Assembly (NCBI GenBank): GCA_001600695.1
Contig: BCKQ01000007.1
Location: forward strand, 190,613 to 254,612
Source of the DNA: Ascoidea asiatica JCM 7603
Taxonomy: Eukaryota > Fungi > Ascomycota
DNA: 64,000 nt
Direction of reading: 5' to 3'
The stretch's first letter is position 1. Every line of letters starts with the position of its first letter. Below the pieces are notes generated by a model that saw nothing but the letters and a program-made list of their open reading frames with translations, did no database searches and was not told the origin of the DNA. The position numbers were made by a program, and so were the translations under genes. This document shows, piece by piece, positions 56,998 to 64,000 of this stretch.

Positions 56998-58497
56998 ATG
57001 AGTAATAGAGCTATAATATCACAGCTAACAAATAATAGATCTTCAATTCATTCATCAAAATCCTCAAATAATAATAATAATTCAAATTCAATTGTTGGTT
57101 TACATTATAAAATTGGTAAAAAAATTGGTGAAGGTTCATTTGGAGTAATATTTGAAGGTGTAAATGTTATAAATAATTCTCCAGTTGCAATTAAATTTGA
57201 ACCAAGAAAAACTGAAGCTCCTCAATTAAGAGATGAATATAAAACTTATAAATATCTTTCAAATTTAAAAGGTATTCCAAAATCTTATTATTTTGGTCAA
57301 GAAGGTTTACATAATATTTTAGTTATTGATCTTTTAGGTCCTTCTTTAGAAGATTTATTTGATTGGTGTGGTAGAAGATTTTCTGTTAAAACAACTGTAC
57401 AAATTGCAATTCAAATGTTAAATTTAATTGAAACTTTACATAAAAGAGATTTAATTTATAGAGATATTAAACCTGATAATTTTTTAATTGGTAGAAAAAA
57501 TTCTGTTGATGAAAATGAAATACATTTAATTGATTTTGGTATGGCAAAATTATATAGAGATCAAAGAACTAAACAACATATTCCATATAGAGAAAAAAAA
57601 TCTTTAAGTGGTACTGCAAGATATATGTCAATAAATACTCATCTTGGTAGAGAACAATCAAGAAGAGATGATTTAGAATCTTTAGGTCATGTATTTTTTT
57701 ATTTCTTAAGAGGTCAATTACCTTGGCAAGGTTTAAAAGCTGCTTCAAATAAATTAAAATATGAAAAAATTGGTGAAAAAAAAAGATCATCACCAGTTTT
57801 AGAATTATGTGCAGGTTTTCCAAGACAATTTGCTCAATATTTAGAATTAGTTAGATCTTTACCATTTGATGCAGATCCAGATTATAATCATTATAGAAAA
57901 TTATTTTTATCTGTTTTAGATGATATAGGTGAAAAACCAGATGGACAATATGATTGGATGAAATTAAATAATGGTAAAGGATGGGATTTTCAAGTTAATA
58001 AAAAACCAAATTTACATGGTTATGGACATCCAACACCACCTGCAGAAAGAAATAATAATGGAATTCATAATAGACATAGTCAAAGAAAACAAGCTTTGGC
58101 AAATATTCCTGCTCAATTACAATCTTCAAATCAAATTCATAATTCAAGTTCAAATATTAAAAATAATAATATAATGTCAAATAATTTAAATCAAAAACAA
58201 TTACCACCACAACCACAATCTTCTCCTCAAGCTTTACGTAATTCCAGATCAAATATTCAACCAAATTCTCAAAATAATCTTAATTATATTCAAAATTTTA
58301 ATGGTAATTTATCAAATGCTAATAAAAATCAATCAAATATTTCAAATAATCAAAATGGTAGTGGTAATATTACTAAAACCAATTCAAAAGAATTAAATGC
58401 TGCAAAAATTAGAGCTAATCAAAGTAATAAAATTAATCAAAATGATGATGTTAATTCAAATCAAGGTAAAAAAAAAAGATTTTTATGTTGTTTTTAA
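56998..58497 (+). CDS. YCK2: Casein kinase I, Yck1/Yck2 type
   Basis: IGEGSFG, LLGPSLEDLF, YRDIKPDNF, LSGTARYMSIN and the Yck1/2-specific KKPNLHGYGHP. C-terminal Cys-Cys. Convergent with CUZ1, as YCK2 is in S. cerevisiae. Confidence 0.88.
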   Translation: MSNRAIISQLTNNRSSIHSSKSSNNNNNSNSIVGLHYKIGKKIGEGSFGVIFEGVNVINNSPVAIKFEPRKTEAPQLRDEYKTYKYLSNLKGIPKSYYFGQEGLHNILVIDLLGPSLEDLFDWCGRRFSVKTTVQIAIQMLNLIETLHKRDLIYRDIKPDNFLIGRKNSVDENEIHLIDFGMAKLYRDQRTKQHIPYREKKSLSGTARYMSINTHLGREQSRRDDLESLGHVFFYFLRGQLPWQGLKAASNKLKYEKIGEKKRSSPVLELCAGFPRQFAQYLELVRSLPFDADPDYNHYRKLFLSVLDDIGEKPDGQYDWMKLNNGKGWDFQVNKKPNLHGYGHPTPPAERNNNGIHNRHSQRKQALANIPAQLQSSNQIHNSSSNIKNNNIMSNNLNQKQLPPQPQSSPQALRNSRSNIQPNSQNNLNYIQNFNGNLSNANKNQSNISNNQNGSGNITKTNSKELNAAKIRANQSNKINQNDDVNSNQGKKKRFLCCF

Positions 58498-59254
58498 GAA
58501 TAAATTTTTTTTTCTTAAAATTAATTTTGAACATTATTAATAATCTTTTCTTTTCTCTCTTTTTTTTCTATTTTACATTTGGTTTTTAATTCATTGGTTC
58601 TTTTTACCTTATTTATTTATTTATTTTTACTTAAATTTATTTAAATTATATTTTATTAAATAATTATTTCAATTTTGATTCTTCTTTTGTGTTTCTTTCC
58701 AGAAAGAATTCAATTACATTTCATTGCTTTTAATTACTTATCAAATTCAACTTAACAATCAATGATGAAATATAATTTTTGAATTTGAATAATGATTCAG
58801 TTTTAATTTTATCAAAAAAAAAAAAAAATAATCATCTCATAAACTTATTATAAACTTATTCTAATTTAATAAAAATTATTTGAATTTAACTTGGTTAATT
58901 AAATTTATAAAAATTTGACATTATTTCAAACAATAGTTTTTAATCATATCTATTAATATAACATTCCTTTTTATTTTTATATAAACCTCATTTTTTTATA
59001 ATTTTTTTTTTAATTTTTTTTTATCACAAACTTTTTTTATTATAATATTTTGTTAATAGTTTTATTTTTTATTTTTTATTTTCTATTTTTTATTTTTTAT
59101 TTTTATATTACTTAGTTATTATAATTTTTTATTATATTTTAAAACTAAAAAATTTGTTTAATGCATTTAATTTATCTATATAATTTATCTATATAATTTT
59201 ATTATAATTATTAATATATTTTTATATTTGAAAACAAAGATTTATAAAAAAGAT

Positions 59255-60262
59255 TTAAACATTTGCACCTCTGACAATATATAAAATATCAGCATCTTGT
59301 AATTGATTTATAACTCTTGAATTTGGAGGAATATAAATTATTTCATCTTTTATAATTTTTTTATTATCATTAGTTAAATCATTTGATAATTCAGAATCTC
59401 TAATTTTTCTAAAAAGAGATAATCTTATAGATTTATCTAATTTTAAATTATTTTGATTTTTTAAATTTAAATTTATTGCAATTGTATCTAAAACTCTACC
59501 AACAGGCCAAGTTTTATTAAAAAACATTGGATTTATAAGTTCATTAGTATTATTCTTATTCTTATTATTATTATTATTATTATTATTAAAGAAATTACTT
59601 AAAATTTGATCTTGTTTTTTTAAATCATTTGGTAAATCAGGAATTTTTATAACATAAGTATAAATTCTTGAATTTAATGGAATTTTAGAATTACCAATTG
59701 AATTTAATTTTAATTTTTGTAATTGAATTAATTTTTGTGTTGAATTTAATTTTTTTTTATTTGAGAATAAATTTAAAGAATTTTTAAAATTTAAATTTAA
59801 ATTTAAAGTTGTAGAAGATTTTGATTTATTTGTTTTTTTAGATTTTTTTTGAAATTGTAAGAATTTCTTTATTGCATTTAAAGCAAATAAAGATTGATTA
59901 TTTTCATTATCTTTATCATTATTATTAGATTTATTTGAATTTAAATTATTGGGGCTAAAAGATTCATTAAATTTCTTTCTATCGGGAAATAAAGAAGAAG
60001 AAGAAGAAGAAGAAGGAGATTGAAAAGGAATATTCGATATATTATTATTATTATTATTAGTCTTTGTGATATTGTTTGTATTTGAGATTAAATTATTTTT
60101 ACATAAATGATTATTAAAACTTGAATGATTTTTACATAATATTAAATTACATTTTGAACAAGTTAATGGTAAAAAATCAATTTGACCACAAAATTCACAA
60201 TGTTTACCAATTTCCATTAAACCTTGATCAGTCAGAGGTTGAGAATTTGAAGAAGATGACAT
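59255..60262 (-). CDS. CUZ1: AN1-type zinc-finger/UBL protein Cuz1 (ZFAND1-like)
   Basis: IGKHCEFCGQIDFLPLTCSKC...CKNH...HLC AN1 finger, and a C-terminal WPVGRVLD...ILYIVRG ubiquitin-like domain. Confidence 0.88.
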   Translation of the reverse strand: MSSSSNSQPLTDQGLMEIGKHCEFCGQIDFLPLTCSKCNLILCKNHSSFNNHLCKNNLISNTNNITKTNNNNNNISNIPFQSPSSSSSSSLFPDRKKFNESFSPNNLNSNKSNNNDKDNENNQSLFALNAIKKFLQFQKKSKKTNKSKSSTTLNLNLNFKNSLNLFSNKKKLNSTQKLIQLQKLKLNSIGNSKIPLNSRIYTYVIKIPDLPNDLKKQDQILSNFFNNNNNNNNKNKNNTNELINPMFFNKTWPVGRVLDTIAINLNLKNQNNLKLDKSIRLSLFRKIRDSELSNDLTNDNKKIIKDEIIYIPPNSRVINQLQDADILYIVRGANV

Positions 60263-61005
60263 TTTTAGATATTATTTGATTTTATAAGTTTGTAAAATAG
60301 TTTAGAATATTGTATTCTTTATATAAGAGAATTTAAATGGATTATTTAATTTGTAATTTGTGATTTGTGATTAGTGATTAGTAATGAATGAAAAGAAGTA
60401 TAATTGATAAATTAAGTTATTCGAGATGATTCTTTAAGTGAAATTGAAATTGAAGTTGAAATTAATGATTAAAAATTGAAATAATTCATGATCTTTTATA
60501 TTTATATTCATATTTATTTATATTTCATATATTCAATGATTAAATGATTAATAATTCTGGGAGTGTTTACAAATGGATTAAATCTCTCGCCAGAAAAAAG
60601 GGTCCTTTCACTCAGTAATAAAAAGCAGTGAAAGTGGCAAATGAATAAAAGAAGAAGAAAGACAAGAGGGATTATGTAATGTCACATGTGCTTATGTAAT
60701 GATCATATTACGTAGATTGAGGTATTTGAATGTGGAATGATACATTACCAAACATTCTTTTGCATATTCAAATTCGAGGGTATCCGACCATGGCATGTGA
60801 TAGAATTACCTTATTTGGACCCGATACGGTTCTTTGAAATATTTTAAAGATTTATTGAATTTGAAGTAATCTAAATACAATAAATACAATACAATACAAT
60901 AAATAAACATTGATTGAGTTAATGATTGAGTTAATGATTGAGTTAATGATTGAGTGAATGATTTGAAGAAATATAAATATTAGAGAGATAAATAGACTTG
61001 ATAGA

Positions 61006-62049
61006 ATGTTGGCAGATTTGAATATACCATGGCCAGTGAATGATTATTGTTCAAAACCAAGTGAAGAAGAAATAAATAATTTAAAAGAAATATTATTAGT
61101 TTTAGAAGAATTAAATTATACACATATTGCATTTAATTTTATTGTTAATTCAAATATAAAATTTCCTAAAGAAAAAAATTTAATAAATCCAATAAATTTA
61201 AAATTATTTAAAGAATTTAATAATAGAATTAATTTATATACAAGAATTACATTAATTATTGATGATATTTCAAATTGTCAAAATTTTAAAAATTTAATTT
61301 TTAATAATTTTGATATTTTTTCAATTCAACCTTTAAATGAAAAAAGTTTATTAAATTCAATTTTAAATTTTGATATTGATATAATTTCAATAAATTTTAG
61401 TGAAAATTTAAAATTTTTTTTAAAATTTAAAACTTTAAATAATTCTTTTCAAAAAGGTATAAAATTTGAAATTAATTATTCAACTATAATCTCTGGTCCC
61501 AAAGGGTTTATATCAACAAGTTCTAATAATAATAGTAATACATTAATTCATTCAAGAAAAATTTTTTTTAATAATGTTAAATCTTTAATTAGAGTATCTA
61601 GATCAAGAGGATTATTAATTTCAAGTGGAGCTTTAAATCCATTACAAATTAGATCAAATTTTGATATAATAAATTTATTAAATTTATTAGGTTTAAAAAC
61701 TTCAATTGGTAAAAAAAGTCAAGAATATTTACCATTAAATATTTTATTAAATGGTAGATTAAGAGTTAAAAGTTTTAAACAAGTTATTTATATTAATAAT
61801 AATAATAATGAAAATAATGAAAATAATGAAAATGATATTTTAGATAAAAATTTTATAAAAAGTTATAATTTTACAGATGAATTATTAATAAATAATCATA
61901 AAAGGAAATTAAAAGATATAGATAATTCAAATTTAATTAATGAAATTCAATCAAATATTAAAAAACATAAACTTGAAATTGATAAGTCTAATACAAGTGA
62001 TTCAGGTGATGCAACTGACACTTTAGAAAAGAAGATATCTGAAATATGA
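61006..62049 (+). CDS. RPP1: RNase P/MRP subunit p30 (Rpp1)
   Basis: MLADLNIPWP, YTHIAFN, LYTRITL, DIDIIS, GIKFEINYS and LLISSGA...IRS motifs. Confidence 0.93.
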   Translation: MLADLNIPWPVNDYCSKPSEEEINNLKEILLVLEELNYTHIAFNFIVNSNIKFPKEKNLINPINLKLFKEFNNRINLYTRITLIIDDISNCQNFKNLIFNNFDIFSIQPLNEKSLLNSILNFDIDIISINFSENLKFFLKFKTLNNSFQKGIKFEINYSTIISGPKGFISTSSNNNSNTLIHSRKIFFNNVKSLIRVSRSRGLLISSGALNPLQIRSNFDIINLLNLLGLKTSIGKKSQEYLPLNILLNGRLRVKSFKQVIYINNNNNENNENNENDILDKNFIKSYNFTDELLINNHKRKLKDIDNSNLINEIQSNIKKHKLEIDKSNTSDSGDATDTLEKKISEI

Positions 62050-62256
62050 ACTCACTTCTGATTCTTTCTTCTTTCTTCTTTCTTCATTCATTATATTCTA
62101 TTTTGTATTAAATAAACATTTTGTATATCTGTTACGAGTTAATTTAATCGTAGTCAAAATTCTCAAATTTGTGTGTAGATTAGAAAACAGTAAAAAAACA
62201 CAATATTATAATTATTGCATGATAAATAATAGTCGTTTTGTCTTTCATAAGTTTGT

Positions 62257-62362
62257 GGCATTGTGGCCGAGTGGTTAAGGCGAAAGACTTGAACACAGCC
62301 ACGTTTGTGGCTCAGGGCATCTTTTGGGATTTCCCGCGCAGGTTCGAGTCCTGCCAATGTCG
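62257..62362 (+). tRNA. tRNA-Ser(UGA) with a 25-nt intron (62294-62318)
   Basis: Acceptor GGCATTG/CAATGTC with G73; D arm GCCGAGTGGTTAAGGC; anticodon stem AAAGA/TCTTT with CT-TGA-A; long variable arm GGGA/TCCC; T arm GCAGG-TTCGAGT-CCTGC. Confidence 0.96.
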
Positions 62363-62364
62363 AA

Positions 62365-62380
62365 TTTTAATTCTTTTTTT
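62365..62380 (+). terminator. Pol III oligo-T terminator of the tRNA gene
   Basis: TTTT followed by TTCTTTTTTT immediately 3' of the tRNA. Confidence 0.75.
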
Positions 62381-62589
62381 ATTCTTTTTATTCTTTTTAT
62401 TCTTTTTTCTTTCTTGTAACACAAAAAGAAGCTGTTTTTGAAGTGTTTATTTTTTGGTAGAAAGATTTAAGAAGAAGAAGAAGAAGAAGAGAAGAAGAAA
62501 GTGATTGATATTTAAAGAGAGATTTAGAAATAGGAATAGGAATAGAAATAGAAATAGAAATAGGGTGATAACCAAAGAGATAAAGTGTA

Positions 62590-63543
62590 ATGGATAGATT
62601 AAATGGATTAAGAATTCCAGGAAAATATGAAAAAAAATCAGAGAATGAAATAAAATATTCAAAAATTATAAGACAACAATTATTAATTTTATTTGATACA
62701 TTTATAGAAGAAATTAAAAGAAAATATCATTTTGATGAATTTATTAAATTAAATAATTTCACTATTAAATATTATAATAATTTCTTAGAAACTTATGAAA
62801 CAATATTAATTGATATTGGTTTATATTATTTAAATTTTGCAAAAGTTTTAATTCCAATAATTATTATTAAAATTCCAATTGGTTTTGATGAATTTGATGT
62901 ATTTCCAATAAATAATATAAAAAATTTTAATTTTACAAATTTTACAAAAATTAATGAAACTTTTAAAATGTATGATAAAAGTGATGAATTAACAAGATTT
63001 AAAAGAAATTTAGAAATTAATAAATTAAATAATTGTTTAAATTTTTTTAATCAATGTTCTTTAGTTATTTTTATTTTAAAATCAGATATAAAAAATTATA
63101 TTAATTCAATTAAATTTACAAAATTTAATAATAAAAATAATGAAATTTTATTTAATTCAATTGGATTTTTAACTTTAACATTTATTACTAAATTTAAAAA
63201 TTCAATTAATAATTTTTCAAATGTTAAATATTCAATTTCAAATTTAAATTATTTAACAGATATTAAAATTCCATTACCAAAATTAAAACCAAATACAAGA
63301 ATTGATTCATTTTCAAAATTTCCAATAGAAATTTCTTTTGAAACTTTTAAAAATTTATTTGTTTTTATAAATTTATTAATTTTAAATTTTCCAAATTATT
63401 TTGATAATAATGGTAATTTAAAAAAAAATGGAATATTAATTCAAAATTTAAAAATGGAATTAGATCTTGGTCCAATTCCAATTAATTTAGTCTTTGAAAC
63501 TTTTCTCACTGACAAAGTCTTATTTCAAAAAATCAACAACTAA
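62590..63543 (+). CDS. Hypothetical 317-aa protein (weak resemblance to the Rec102 C-terminus)
   Basis: Long ORF with host codon usage and no low-complexity runs. No confidently recognised motif. Confidence 0.7.
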   Translation: MDRLNGLRIPGKYEKKSENEIKYSKIIRQQLLILFDTFIEEIKRKYHFDEFIKLNNFTIKYYNNFLETYETILIDIGLYYLNFAKVLIPIIIIKIPIGFDEFDVFPINNIKNFNFTNFTKINETFKMYDKSDELTRFKRNLEINKLNNCLNFFNQCSLVIFILKSDIKNYINSIKFTKFNNKNNEILFNSIGFLTLTFITKFKNSINNFSNVKYSISNLNYLTDIKIPLPKLKPNTRIDSFSKFPIEISFETFKNLFVFINLLILNFPNYFDNNGNLKKNGILIQNLKMELDLGPIPINLVFETFLTDKVLFQKINN

Positions 63544-63651
63544 TCAATAATAAAAATAACTATACAAACAACAAAGAATATAAATAAAGAATATAAATAA
63601 AGAGTATAAATAAAGAGTATATACAAATGAGACAATAAATAAATAAATAAA

Positions 63652-63716
63652 AAGCACCGTAGCCAAGTTCTTGGATCTCCTTCCTAATTAGGCATGAGAC
63701 CAGTTCTGCGGTGCTT
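63652..63716. ncRNA. Candidate structured RNA or DNA element (multi-branched stem-loop)
   Basis: AAGCACCGTAG pairs with CTGCGGTGCTT and encloses the CCAA/TTGG and TCTC..CCT/AGG..GAGA hairpins. No family recognised. Confidence 0.35.
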
Positions 63717-63799
63717 CTTTTCATCAAATTTTATTCTTTCCTTTTTCGGCCACTTTTCCCAGAATGTGACCATGTTGCATTTTTCATTGCCTTGGTCTA

Positions 63800-64000
63800 A
63801 ATTTTATTCTTCTTTTATCTTTTATCTTTTATCTTTTATCTTTTATCTTTTAGTTCTTCTTTTATTTTATCTTTTATCTTTTATCTTTTATCTTTTATCT
63901 TTTAGTTCTTCTTTTAGTTCTTCTTTTAGTTCTTCTTTTAGTTCTTCTTTTAGTTCTTCTTTTAGTTCTTCTTTTAGTTCTTCTTTTAGTTCTTCTTTTA
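63800..64000. repeat. Compound (TTTTATC)n and (TTCTTCTTTTAG)n tandem repeats running off the window
   Basis: 7-bp and 12-bp units read directly. On the minus strand the 12-mer reads (KEEL)n-KDKR-stop (TAA at 63890-63888). Confidence 0.9.

Noticed and set aside
62163-62441. ORFs overlapping the tRNA on both strands
   Set aside because: They translate the tRNA-Ser gene itself.

Overview
Extremely AT-rich eukaryotic (budding-yeast, Saccharomycotina) chromosomal segment. The composition and poly-Asn proteins resemble Ascoidea-type yeasts, which is inference only. It holds about 20 protein genes: partial PP2C (PTC2/3), an alcohol acetyltransferase, RIM8, spliced RPS23, HPR1, DCP1, MPE1, a large Zn2Cys6 factor, YFH1, UBP1, PUB1, a GH76 DFG5/DCW1, two tandem reductase-less globin paralogues, an integrase-zinc-finger-like orphan, a small Cys/His protein, PAT1, YCK2-type CK1, CUZ1, RPP1 and an orphan. 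There is also one intron-containing tRNA-Ser(UGA). Promoters stand out as short GC/CpG-rich islands. The best leads are: (i) an identical GTCATGTGAC box in front of the mRNA-decay/processing genes; (ii) a gene-poor 16-kb island with the globin pair, palindromes and a transposon-derived ORF; (iii) a cloverleaf-like structured element at 63.65 kb; (iv) CTG codons seen only in non-conserved segments. All assignments come from motif recognition by eye; no database searches were run.
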